From an uncultured candidate division Zixibacteria bacterium (GTDB lineage Bacteria; Zixibacteria; MSB-5A5; UBA10806; 4484-95): a stretch of DNA of 64,000 nucleotides. Location: assembly GCA_963668625.2 (NCBI GenBank), contig CAXXKA010000008.1:64001-128000 (forward strand), given 5' to 3'. The notes under the pieces were generated by a model, which was not told where the DNA came from, did not search any database, and was given only the letters and a program-made list of their open reading frames with translations. The position numbers and the translations under genes are program-made. Of this stretch, positions 38,707 to 47,993 are shown one piece after another (position 1 is the stretch's first letter; each line of letters begins with the position of its first letter).

Positions 38707-39234
38707 ATGAAATTAAAGCACTATGATAATCTAAACCAAGCGAGGTTTATAACTTTCTGCACCCATCAAAGTATGCCGCTTATTACGAATAACAAATACC
38801 GGCAGATTGTAATTGATTCTATAAAAGCAGCCAAGAACAAGCTCCATTTCAAACTCATAGGCTATGTACTGATGCCAGAACATGTTCATCTGTTAATTCT
38901 ACCCGATCAAGGCACCAGAGCCGGGGCGATCATCGGCGAGATCAAACAGGTATCATCAAGACAGATTCATGAGATACTGGATGCAGCTAAATCACCGCTT
39001 CTTGGAAAGCTGACAGTGCGAAGAAATCATCTGATGCGATTTACATTCTGGCAACGGCGATGCTATGATCATAACTGCCGGGATGAGGAATCTATGTGGG
39101 AGAAAGTGAACTATTGCCATAATAACCCTGTTAAACGGGGGCTGGTAAAATCGCCTTTGGATTGGCGCTGGAGCAGTTATCGTTATTACAATGGCTATGA
39201 TGACTATATGCTGGAAATGGATAATATTGGATAA
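38707..39234 (+). CDS. rayT: REP-associated tyrosine transposase (RAYT), copy 2
   Basis: Same motifs intact; flanked by hairpins 38623-38646 and 39260-39283. Confidence 0.92.
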   Translation: MKLKHYDNLNQARFITFCTHQSMPLITNNKYRQIVIDSIKAAKNKLHFKLIGYVLMPEHVHLLILPDQGTRAGAIIGEIKQVSSRQIHEILDAAKSPLLGKLTVRRNHLMRFTFWQRRCYDHNCRDEESMWEKVNYCHNNPVKRGLVKSPLDWRWSSYRYYNGYDDYMLEMDNIG

Positions 39235-39311
39235 GACAGCAGGCTGCTAATCCTTTGCCTACCCACCCTACTGGTGGGTTACCGCTTGAATCATAAGCGC
39301 TTTGCTATAAA

Positions 39312-39344
39312 TACAAAAAAACCCCCGCGAATACGGAGGCTTTC
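39312..39344 (-). terminator. Rho-independent terminator of the cupin gene (duplicated at 38565-38597)
   Basis: Minus strand CCTCCG-tattcg-CGGGGG followed by a T-run, about 20 bp after the cupin stop. Confidence 0.6.
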
Positions 39345-39362
39345 AGGATTATCTCATAATCT

Positions 39363-39734
39363 CTAAGCGAGGGCCGCTGCTTTATCGCCTATATGATCGT
39401 ATACCTCTTTCAGTTCATCTTTCGGGCTGAATTCAACGAAAGCGGTGTCCTCATCCACCCAGACAGTGTGACCGGACGGCCAGTAAAATGTCTCACCGAC
39501 TTTGCATACCTCCTCCTTACCGTCAGTGTAGCGCACGTGAATAGCGCCCTTGAGCATATAACCCCAGTGCGGACACTGACATTTATCATCGGTAAGCCCC
39601 TCCAAAAGCGGGGTCGCATCCGCACCCGCTTGCAGCTCGACATACGCCACCGACATCTTATCCCAATCAGTGACACGAAATTTCGCCACCGGTAACTCCA
39701 GAGCGATAGGCATGTCTTCTTTGCGTAGCTTCAT
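39363..39734 (-). CDS. Cupin domain protein
   Basis: CQCPHWGYML.G...Y.DG.EE...GE.FYWP.GH; ATG 39734 with AGGAG RBS. Confidence 0.85.
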   Translation of the reverse strand: MKLRKEDMPIALELPVAKFRVTDWDKMSVAYVELQAGADATPLLEGLTDDKCQCPHWGYMLKGAIHVRYTDGKEEVCKVGETFYWPSGHTVWVDEDTAFVEFSPKDELKEVYDHIGDKAAALA

Positions 39735-40068
39735 AGCAATATCTCCTTTAATGAGATGTCCCGACAATATGGCAACACCCCGGTTTGAGTTATCTTAGTA
39801 TATCGTAGGATACCTGAGGGGTAACCGGGGGATATTGATATCGGTTCCCAATTTCATAATCTAATCAGGATTATATATTTTCTATAAATAGGGTCGATAA
39901 AAGTCTTTTTCGTTGTGCTTATTACGAGGTTGATATTATTCCACGTTCGGTTGACTCTCAGGATTGGGAAATCTCCCGTGGGTGTGTCGGGGATATAGTC
40001 TGTTTAGCCCCCATACCCTTCCGATCCTGAAAGAATCGGAGCAATCAAGCGGCATTCTTAATCAGCTA

Positions 40069-40719
40069 CTACAATCGCATCTTCTCGATATCCTCCTGCT
40101 TGCCCAGTACCACCAGGATATCCGCTGTGTTTATCTCATACTGCGCTTGAGGGATGAAATTGAACTTGCCCGTATCACTATTTTTAATCGCGATGACATC
40201 AATGTGAAATTTTTGTCTGAGTTTCAGTTTCATGATCGATTTACCGATGAATTTTTCCGGCGTGATAACCTCGGCAATCGAGTACTCATCACTTAAGGGC
40301 AGGAAATCCACGACATTCGGGCGGGCTATGGTGTGAGCCAGCTTTACCGCCATCTCTTCCTCGGGGATAACCGACTCATCCGCGCCGACTTTCTTGAGTA
40401 TGCGGGAATGGTCGTGCGAGTTGGCCTTGACTATTATCCGTTTGGCATTTAGCTCTTTCAAATACAGGGTCACCAGTATCGAGGCATGCGAATCCTCACC
40501 GGTCGAGACTACGAAACAATCGAAATTTTCCACATGCAGATTTTCCAGGAAATTATGATCGGTGGCATTGCCCAAAATCGCCAGTTCGACATAATCCTGA
40601 GCCTCCTGGACTTTCGTTTTATCTATATCGACAGCGGTGACCTTACCGCCTTTTTCGGTCAACTGCCGGGCAACGGTCGAACCGAAATTTCCCAGACCGA
40701 TCACACAGAATGAACTCAT
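40069..40719 (-). CDS. trkA: TrkA/KtrA potassium uptake regulatory subunit
   Basis: VIGLGNFG RCK-N motif, KVGAD..V.PE, RCK-C. Confidence 0.93.
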   Translation of the reverse strand: MSSFCVIGLGNFGSTVARQLTEKGGKVTAVDIDKTKVQEAQDYVELAILGNATDHNFLENLHVENFDCFVVSTGEDSHASILVTLYLKELNAKRIIVKANSHDHSRILKKVGADESVIPEEEMAVKLAHTIARPNVVDFLPLSDEYSIAEVITPEKFIGKSIMKLKLRQKFHIDVIAIKNSDTGKFNFIPQAQYEINTADILVVLGKQEDIEKMRL

Positions 40720-40780
40720 TATCTAACCTTCTTTACCAAAAACAAATACTATCACACCCGAATATATTATCGGTTCTCCT

Positions 40781-42127
40781 CTAGCCGGTCATTACCGGTT
40801 CCTCGGCATAAACCAGTTCGCCTTTTTTCGTCGGCCTGATAAGCGAAAATGCTAAGGTAAGAAGACCGACCCGACCGGCGAACATGGCTATTATAATTAT
40901 TACTTTACCCAGCCCGGATAAGTTCGGAGTCAAACCCAGCGACAGGCCAACCGTACCGAACGCCGAAATCACCTCGAACAGGCTCTCTCCCAGCCAGCCA
41001 TGAGCGACATAATGGGAGATTGGTCTCTCCTCAGCGAACATGAGAAGGCTGAGCACGACAACTACCATCAGGGAGGACATTATGAATACGGTTATCGCCC
41101 GCGTAACGGACTCATCGTTGATGGTTCTCTTAAACACTACTACATGTGTGTTACCCCTGAATTTGTTGTATGCCAGCAGAAGTATCAATAGAATAGTCGT
41201 AATCTTTATTCCACCGGCTGTCGATCCGGGGCAGGCCCCGATAAACATCAATATAGTCGTAATCAGCAAACTGAATTCGGTCATCTCGGCTTGAGGAATC
41301 ATGTTAAACCCGGCCGTGCGACTGGTGACCGACTGAAAGAACGAGTTGAAAATACCCTGGATAAGGCTATGCTCGGTGAAAGTGTTTCTGTATTCGGCAA
41401 CCAGAAAAGCCACGGTACCTATTACCAGGAGCACGATCGTACCGGTCAGGCAGAGTTTAGTATGGAGTGAAAAACGTATCTGCCTGTTTTTAATTTTCTC
41501 GAATACCTCCCGGATGACCGCGAATCCCAGTCCCCCGGCAATAATCAGAGCCGAGAATATCAGAATGGTTGGGATATCGTGCTGGTATGATTCCAGGCTG
41601 TTGGAAAACAGCGAGAACCCGGCGTTACAGAAAGCCGAGATCGAATGGAAGACAGCATAGTAAGCCGCCCGGTCGACCGGGTATTGGGGGTAGAATCTGA
41701 AAAATAGCAATATCGCTCCTACCAATTCGACCGAAAGTGTCGTGAATATAACCGCTTTAAGGAGTGATACATGCTTGCCTCTATCATCGGCTAAAAAGCT
41801 TTGTGAAAGCCCGAGACGTTCGCTGAATGACAGCCTGGACCCGAGGGCGGTGAATAAGGCGGTGGCAAATGTCATAATGCCCAGCCCGCCAAGCTGAATA
41901 AGCGCCAGGATGATGAGTTGCCCGACCAGGCTGAAATCCTTGCCGGTATCGACAACGACCAGACCGGTTACACAAACCGCCGAGGTGGAGGTGAAAAGCG
42001 CATCCAGAAAGCTGATATCTTTACCGGAACCGGCGATCGGCAACGACAGGAGTATTCCGCCTATCAGTATAGCGAATATGAAATATAAGGCGATACGCCT
42101 GCCGGGATTTACACCGAAAATTTGCAT
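40781..42127 (-). CDS. trkH: TrkH/KtrB potassium uptake membrane subunit
   Basis: SAVCVTGL, SAFCNAGF, RTAGF, GSTAGGIK, SAFGTVGL selectivity-filter motifs. Confidence 0.94.
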   Translation of the reverse strand: MQIFGVNPGRRIALYFIFAILIGGILLSLPIAGSGKDISFLDALFTSTSAVCVTGLVVVDTGKDFSLVGQLIILALIQLGGLGIMTFATALFTALGSRLSFSERLGLSQSFLADDRGKHVSLLKAVIFTTLSVELVGAILLFFRFYPQYPVDRAAYYAVFHSISAFCNAGFSLFSNSLESYQHDIPTILIFSALIIAGGLGFAVIREVFEKIKNRQIRFSLHTKLCLTGTIVLLVIGTVAFLVAEYRNTFTEHSLIQGIFNSFFQSVTSRTAGFNMIPQAEMTEFSLLITTILMFIGACPGSTAGGIKITTILLILLLAYNKFRGNTHVVVFKRTINDESVTRAITVFIMSSLMVVVVLSLLMFAEERPISHYVAHGWLGESLFEVISAFGTVGLSLGLTPNLSGLGKVIIIIAMFAGRVGLLTLAFSLIRPTKKGELVYAEEPVMTG

Positions 42128-42203
42128 GTTTAAATATAGATCAATCAAAAAGCCAAAAGCAAGTGATTACATGTTTGCTGCATATCGGAAATCCGTGTTA
42201 TTG

Positions 42204-43313
42204 TTAGCCCAGATGCGATTTCATCATAGCCCGAAGATCGACCTCGAATTCGCCCTCGATTATACCGCGACGAGTGACTTGCTGGATACTGATTTGATCC
42301 CAGCCGAAATTACCCTCGATTATCACCGGCCCTTTATCGGATATCGCTATATCCCAGCCTATTGATCTCAGGTGATGGACTTTCGAATGGGCTTCTTTAG
42401 CTATCTCAACGGCCTCATTATAGTAGGGTAATGTTTCACCCTTTATGGGGGCATCGGTATCCGGATGGTTTTCGAAAATGATGATATCATTTTTCTGAGG
42501 TGAAACAGCCGCCTCCATTACGCCGTCAGGATTGACCCTGGCTCCAATATTCGAGATAGCGACATTATCCACGGCGCTGCCCCAGCGGGCTATTTTAAGA
42601 AGCGTTGCCAGCACCTGGATTTCACCGTTACTGGTGATATATGTGACGGTGCGTAATGTCTGGGCGGTGGTATCGCAGTATTTATCGAGAAATGGATGCT
42701 GGCAGACTGCCTTTTCTACGATATAAGAATCTTTAACGTATCGTTGCTTGCTATAAGATGAGTCGGATAAGCGTTTGTGAAGCTCTGCTATGCTCATTTC
42801 GCCCTCGCCTACTACTCGAATATTGCCTTCACCGATGAATTTGCACCTTAGAACACCCATCCCTTTATACGAACTGATGGGCTTGATTACGAACGTTGTT
42901 TCCGGATATTTACCGAACATGAGGTTGAGATCATCCTCGGTTCGAAGAGTTCCCTTGCTTAACGTATAGCCGAAATGAGGCTCGAACACGCCATACATAC
43001 TGGGAACGGGCAAACCGATAGCGCTGCCGAACAGGCTGAATATCATCTTATTAAGCGCGCCAACATCTTTGCGTGGATTTACCCTGCTTTCCATAAGATA
43101 GTACTGGAACTGGCTTAAAAAGCGTGTCTTCTCCTCCCAGCTTAAATCATCCTTATAGAGGTGGTAACAATGGTATTCCTCAGGCTCCAGGTAATTCAAG
43201 CGGCGAAGTTTATACATCTCCTGAAATTGCTTTAAAAAACCGAGACTGGTACAGGACCGACTTTTTTTCCAGATATTATATGCTTTTTTCAAGAAACGAT
43301 GATATTTCAGCAT
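42204..43313 (-). CDS. Sugar-transfer-associated ATP-grasp protein
   Basis: NKM.F, VIKP..S.KG.GV, QHP, TLR.VT, DN, HPDT, IGWDIAI...GPVIIEGN. Confidence 0.85.
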   Translation of the reverse strand: MLKYHRFLKKAYNIWKKSRSCTSLGFLKQFQEMYKLRRLNYLEPEEYHCYHLYKDDLSWEEKTRFLSQFQYYLMESRVNPRKDVGALNKMIFSLFGSAIGLPVPSMYGVFEPHFGYTLSKGTLRTEDDLNLMFGKYPETTFVIKPISSYKGMGVLRCKFIGEGNIRVVGEGEMSIAELHKRLSDSSYSKQRYVKDSYIVEKAVCQHPFLDKYCDTTAQTLRTVTYITSNGEIQVLATLLKIARWGSAVDNVAISNIGARVNPDGVMEAAVSPQKNDIIIFENHPDTDAPIKGETLPYYNEAVEIAKEAHSKVHHLRSIGWDIAISDKGPVIIEGNFGWDQISIQQVTRRGIIEGEFEVDLRAMMKSHLG

Positions 43314-43534
43314 CTACGCTCTTGCCTTTCGATTTAATAATTAAGTCGACCGAATCGCTTAAATATAGATAGCTTATGTTAAAAAAATCCAATAAAAATT
43401 TTACTGATACAGGTAAAGGTATGGTTTAACGGCGTTATGATATTGGAGTCAGGCTATTGCATAATTATTGACATTTATAATATCAATGCCAATATTATCT
43501 ATAATTGGATTTAACAATACAATTGGAAGGAATA

Positions 43535-44326
43535 ATGAGTAGAGCAAGTTATATCATTAGTATCACCGCCATAATTTTTCTGATATTTTCCGCATCAGGT
43601 TTTGCCGATTCAGGAATAATTCGACCGCAGTACAAAATCTCGGTCTATGGCGGCTGGGGTGGCTATAACCTTGGTGAGATTTATAATGCTGACTCACTCT
43701 TTCTTCCCTATCTCCAGGGTTATCTTGACGATCCCGAAAGTGTTGATGTGTTGACAGTTCCAGTAAATCGTTCGAATGGAATTTTTTTCAACGCGAATTC
43801 CCCGGAGTTCGCCGGGCAGTTTAGTCTGGGGGTTCATTTAAAAGGCCCCTGGTATGTAACCGGAGGCTTTCATTACGAAAAATGGCAGGAACTACAGAAT
43901 CATTCAAGAACGAATGATTGGGCAGGCCGCACTGTTGTCACCCGGTTAGGGCAAAGCTTTTTCGAAACTACCGCAATCATTCCTTTCATAGCCATCGAGT
44001 ACACCGATAGATTCTGGAAATTTAATTATCAATCCAGCATAGGCATTGCAAATTGCCATACTAAAATGAATGTCAGGTACCGGGCGTTTACTGATGATGA
44101 AATCGATCTCGGGCGGTATAAATACAACTCTATCGGTATCATACTGGCCGGCGGACTGTCATACGATATGTTCGGTTTCACCTCGATAAATCTGCAGGGC
44201 GGCTATCGCATATTCGGCGGGAATAGACTGGAGCCCGACGAGCGTAATAACGATATCGATATGGATTTCGATTACTCAGGAGCGTTTTTCGGTGTTGGCA
44301 TGAGCTATGGGTTCGGGACGTTGTAG
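43535..44326 (+). CDS. Outer-membrane beta-barrel protein (OmpW/OmpA-like)
   Basis: Signal peptide, alternating beta strands, C-terminal DYSGAFFGVGMSYGF. Confidence 0.72.
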   Translation: MSRASYIISITAIIFLIFSASGFADSGIIRPQYKISVYGGWGGYNLGEIYNADSLFLPYLQGYLDDPESVDVLTVPVNRSNGIFFNANSPEFAGQFSLGVHLKGPWYVTGGFHYEKWQELQNHSRTNDWAGRTVVTRLGQSFFETTAIIPFIAIEYTDRFWKFNYQSSIGIANCHTKMNVRYRAFTDDEIDLGRYKYNSIGIILAGGLSYDMFGFTSINLQGGYRIFGGNRLEPDERNNDIDMDFDYSGAFFGVGMSYGFGTL

Positions 44327-44419
44327 CCTGCCCCAGGAATTAATCGCAAATAATTCATAAATTCATTCGCATATCTAAAATATTCATATAAATTCTCGAC
44401 TTTTTAAAATATTTTACGT

Positions 44420-45034
44420 ATGGGAATTACTATGAATTATAAGCAAAATGATCTACTGGAAAATGCCCGCATATTACAATGTAGCGCATATGATGTCATC
44501 GAGAAAATTGAGTTGCTGGCTAATTGGCGGAAGATAGGCAAGCCTGAATTGGTTGGCTCTATGTGTTTTGGGTTAATGGGTTCGCATAATATCGATCTGG
44601 AGGTTTACACCGAGGCGCCGGATATCAGGGAGGGTTTCGATGTCATAAAGGAGATCGCCGCCTGCCCGGGTATCGAGAAAATCGAATACATGAATTTCAT
44701 GGGTACCTCCGATCCCGGCCTGTACTGGCGTATTGATTATCGCGACGGCAAGGGCGATCTCTGGGATATAGATAATTGGCTGGTACCGTATAGCCACCCG
44801 AATGCAGGGCAAGCCGGCTCGCTCGCCAAAACGATGGAGCAAGCATTAACCGATGAGACCCGCCTCGCGATACTGGAGATAAAATCACAGCGCACGAAAG
44901 ATTCAGGCGCCCGAGGCATAGATATTTACCGAGCGGTGATAGAACACGGCATTCGCGGTTATGAGGATTTTTGCAAGTGGCTGGCTAATAACCAGTGCGA
45001 GGGGATAGACACCTGGCTGCCTAAATATCTTTAA
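44420..45034 (+). CDS. Conserved hypothetical protein (nucleotidyltransferase-like fold)
   Basis: LVGS..GL....IDL motif (GS-x10-hD), W.ID.W, IY.AV...G. Confidence 0.6.
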   Translation: MGITMNYKQNDLLENARILQCSAYDVIEKIELLANWRKIGKPELVGSMCFGLMGSHNIDLEVYTEAPDIREGFDVIKEIAACPGIEKIEYMNFMGTSDPGLYWRIDYRDGKGDLWDIDNWLVPYSHPNAGQAGSLAKTMEQALTDETRLAILEIKSQRTKDSGARGIDIYRAVIEHGIRGYEDFCKWLANNQCEGIDTWLPKYL

Positions 45035-45169
45035 CCAGCTTTTACTCACTTAGCAGAAATAATTTAATTCAGGTACTTCCAAAAAGTTTTTGATTATATG
45101 GAGTAAACCGCGCAAGAGATGGAATGAGGTTTCTTTTGGGCCCTCTCCCTGGCCTCGATGGCTGTCGAA

Positions 45170-45300
45170 TTTCTCGATTGTCGGCAAAACAAGCAAATAC
45201 ACGGGAAAATACCGATTCTCTGGGGATATCAGAGACACTCTCCCAACCGCAGAGCCGCCGAAGGTTCGGGGTTGACCGCAAATAGTCGAGCAACTGACGA
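45170..45300 (-). pseudogene. Transposase fragment (DUF772-like, IS5/IS1182-type N-terminal region)
   Basis: LRRLCGWESVSDIPRESVFSRVFACFA resembles a transposase motif; no DDE remainder nearby. Confidence 0.65.
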
Positions 45301-45369
45301 GTCGTGGTTAAATTGTATACCGACTTGGCGAATTTTGCAAAAGGCTCGTTTATATATTATTAACTAATA

Positions 45370-46368
45370 TTATATCCCTAAATACGGCACTGCATTCAAA
45401 TCCAGCTCCGAATGAATTCCTCGCTCCAGATAATACGCTCCCGCCATGGCTATCATGGCGGCATTGTCTGTCGAAAGATTCGGGCCGGGGAAGAATGTCT
45501 CGATACCGTGCTTGTCGGCAAGCTCTTTGGTCATCTCCCGCAGACGTGCGTTCATCGACACGCCGCCGGATACCGAGAGCTTATCGATACGGTTTTTACG
45601 GCAGGCGGTTATCGCTTTCACCGCTAGCACCTCGCATACCGCCTCCTGGAACGAGGCCGTGATATCCGCCAGGTGCTCCTGTATGTAATCCTCGGTTTTA
45701 TCGCGAAGGTATACCGCTACGGCAGTTTTAAGGCCGGAAAACGAGAACTCGGATGAGTCTTTGCCCATAAAAGCGCGGGGGAATTTGAAAAACTTCGGAT
45801 CGCCACTCAGGGCTGCATTTTGTATAGCGGGGCCTCCGGGATATGCCAGCCCCAGCACCTTGGCAACCTTATCGAACGCCTCGCCGGGAGCGTCATCCCG
45901 CGTTTTGCCCAGAAGCTCGTAACTGCCCCAGTCGTTTACTTTCACCAGGTTGGAATGCCCGCCCGATACCAACAGCGCGATAAACGGTGGTTTGCAGTTT
46001 TCGTGAGAGAGGTTGTTGGAAAATATATGCCCCTCGAGATGGTTAACCCCGATAAACGGTTTGCCAGAGGCCTGCGCCAGTGATTTGACGAATGTCAGGC
46101 CGACAAGAAGCGCACCCACCAGCCCGGGGCCGTAAGTGACAGCCAGAGCGTCGATATTATCAAGTGAGCAATTAGCATCTTTAAGAGCTTTATCTACTAT
46201 GCCGGTGAGACGTTTTATATGTTCTCGTGAGGCCAGTTCGGGCACCACGCCGCCGTACCGTTCATGTTCCAATTGCGAATGGATTATATTGGAAATCAGG
46301 TTACGCGGATATTCCAACACCGCCGCCGCTGTTTCATCACAGGAGGTTTCAACGCCTAATACGAGCAT
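45370..46368 (-). CDS. tsaD: tRNA N6-adenosine threonylcarbamoyltransferase TsaD
   Basis: MLVLGVETSCDET, GGVVPELASREH, HLEGH, LLVSGGH, DDAPGEAFDK, TDNAAMI; start ATG 46368. Confidence 0.97.
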   Translation of the reverse strand: MLVLGVETSCDETAAAVLEYPRNLISNIIHSQLEHERYGGVVPELASREHIKRLTGIVDKALKDANCSLDNIDALAVTYGPGLVGALLVGLTFVKSLAQASGKPFIGVNHLEGHIFSNNLSHENCKPPFIALLVSGGHSNLVKVNDWGSYELLGKTRDDAPGEAFDKVAKVLGLAYPGGPAIQNAALSGDPKFFKFPRAFMGKDSSEFSFSGLKTAVAVYLRDKTEDYIQEHLADITASFQEAVCEVLAVKAITACRKNRIDKLSVSGGVSMNARLREMTKELADKHGIETFFPGPNLSTDNAAMIAMAGAYYLERGIHSELDLNAVPYLGI

Positions 46369-46369
46369 T

Positions 46370-46780
46370 TTATAATCGGGTTGAATCGGGTTGAAAGCTT
46401 TCCAGTTCGAATTCACAGGCAAGCGGCGCGATGAATTTTATGGCAACGCCGTTATTACCGCCGGGTATCGCCAGGTGATCCTCGGTAAATTCCAATGAGT
46501 ACTCGCCGGCATGGGTAAAATCCGATAAGTTTATAATCAGCTTAGGCTCCTCGAAATAGAGAATTTTCAACAGGCTCTTACCATCGGCGGTGAGTTCGAC
46601 TGTCGCCGATTTCTGGCTGTTCTTACCCATCGCCATTCCTCTGGGAATGCCCGTATACTCTATATCGAGGGTTATCTCCTGATGGTAACTCTGTTGTGTG
46701 GTCAGATGAAACCACAAGAACAAAGCCAGCAGGAGTCCGCCGATTTTCCAGCTAATATTTCTGAATATTTTTCTACGCAC
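46370..46780 (-). CDS. YbbR/CdaR-like single-domain membrane protein
   Basis: N.SWKI..LLLA..LWF N-terminal TM typical of YbbR family; located upstream of tsaD. Confidence 0.6.
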   Translation of the reverse strand: MRRKIFRNISWKIGGLLLALFLWFHLTTQQSYHQEITLDIEYTGIPRGMAMGKNSQKSATVELTADGKSLLKILYFEEPKLIINLSDFTHAGEYSLEFTEDHLAIPGGNNGVAIKFIAPLACEFELESFQPDSTRL

Positions 46781-46796
46781 TATTTTAGGTGTCGGT

Positions 46797-46985
46797 TTAT
46801 TTGTCGGAGAACTTCAGGATTCTACCGAAAGAAACCTCTCCGTTATCTATTCTTATGGAGAAGCCACAATCGGGATTCGTGCACACCCAGGCTTTGAAAC
46901 GAATTTCCGAGCCATCCCGCCCATAATCTGAAAGCGGTACCAATAAACCCTTGCCACACTTTAGGCATTCTGGATATTTGTCCAT
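46797..46985 (-). CDS. Small zinc-ribbon conserved hypothetical protein
   Basis: CLKC...LVPLSDYG...KAWVCTNPDC; GGAGG RBS. Confidence 0.75.
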   Translation of the reverse strand: MDKYPECLKCGKGLLVPLSDYGRDGSEIRFKAWVCTNPDCGFSIRIDNGEVSFGRILKFSDK

Positions 46986-47198
46986 TATTGCCTCCCATCA
47001 TTAAAAAGCTTACCGGAATATAGATATCAAAGACTCAGGTTGCTGTCAAGCGAAATTGATTGAAGTAATTGACTTTAAATCATTATATCGGTGGTAATGG
47101 TGAGACCGGAAATTAAAATGACTATTTTGATGACCTTATATACTCACAGATGGTATAATAAATAAAAGGTGAAAAACCAGGTATAAAGGATAACCCGC

Positions 47199-47978
47199 TT
47201 GAAAAAGCACCGCCCATATTGGTTCTATATAGTAATAGTTACCTTATTGTTTGTTATAGGCATAGTTACAGCCTATTCAAATACGATAAATACTTATCGG
47301 GATGCCCAGAGAGTTAAAAGTATAATTAACAGCAATCATGAGAAAGCAGCAAAGTTATTCAGAACCAAAGGGATGACTTATCCTGCCGATCGTATTTTTA
47401 TCAGGATATTAAAATACGAGCGGGAGATTGAATTATGGGCTAAGTCTGAAACCGATTCGGTATATTCGCATATTGTAACTTATAAAATGACAGGATATTC
47501 CGGTAAACTTGGTCCAAAAAGAAAGCAGGGGGATCGCCAGATACCGGAGGGGTTTTATCTAATAGACAGGTTTAATCCCTGGAGCAACTTCCATCTCTCG
47601 CTGGGTATAAACTACCCAAATAAATCCGATCGTATATTGAAATCAGGCGGAAATCCCGGCGGTGATATATTCATTCATGGAGGCAAAGTAACTATCGGTT
47701 GCGTGCCTATCGGTGATGAGGCTATAGAACAATTATACACGATCTCGCTTGAGATATATAGCAACGGAGGAAAGGATATTCAGGTTCATATTTTCCCTTG
47801 CAGAATGGATGATATTTCCAACAATTATATGCTTAAGACTAAATCATTCGGTAAGGCCAAACTGTCTAAATTCTGGGATAATATTAAAACCGGATATGAA
47901 TATTTCCAGAAACATAAAAAGCTGCCGTCATATACGATTAATAGCAGTGGGGCCTATAAATTCAATATCTCGCCTTAA
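47199..47978 (+). CDS. L,D-transpeptidase family (YafK/DpaA-like)
   Basis: SGKLGPK...GD.Q.PEGFY, NP.SNFHLS..INYPN, DIFIHG..VTIGC. Confidence 0.9.
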   Translation: MKKHRPYWFYIVIVTLLFVIGIVTAYSNTINTYRDAQRVKSIINSNHEKAAKLFRTKGMTYPADRIFIRILKYEREIELWAKSETDSVYSHIVTYKMTGYSGKLGPKRKQGDRQIPEGFYLIDRFNPWSNFHLSLGINYPNKSDRILKSGGNPGGDIFIHGGKVTIGCVPIGDEAIEQLYTISLEIYSNGGKDIQVHIFPCRMDDISNNYMLKTKSFGKAKLSKFWDNIKTGYEYFQKHKKLPSYTINSSGAYKFNISP

Positions 47979-47993
47979 TTTTATACATTAACT

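Larger units (their letters stand above)
37871..39364 (+). repeat. Direct tandem duplication of a 747-bp unit (hairpin-RAYT-hairpin-flank)
   Basis: 37871-38617 and 38618-39364 are near-identical; CDS offset 38707-37960=747. Confidence 0.95.

Noticed and set aside
37960-39234. RAYT pair as DGR template/variable repeats
   Set aside because: Differences are not adenine-specific, many are synonymous, and no reverse transcriptase is present
36898-39283. 24-bp repeats as a CRISPR array
   Set aside because: Copies alternate in orientation and are separated by 86-790 bp including whole genes; no cas genes
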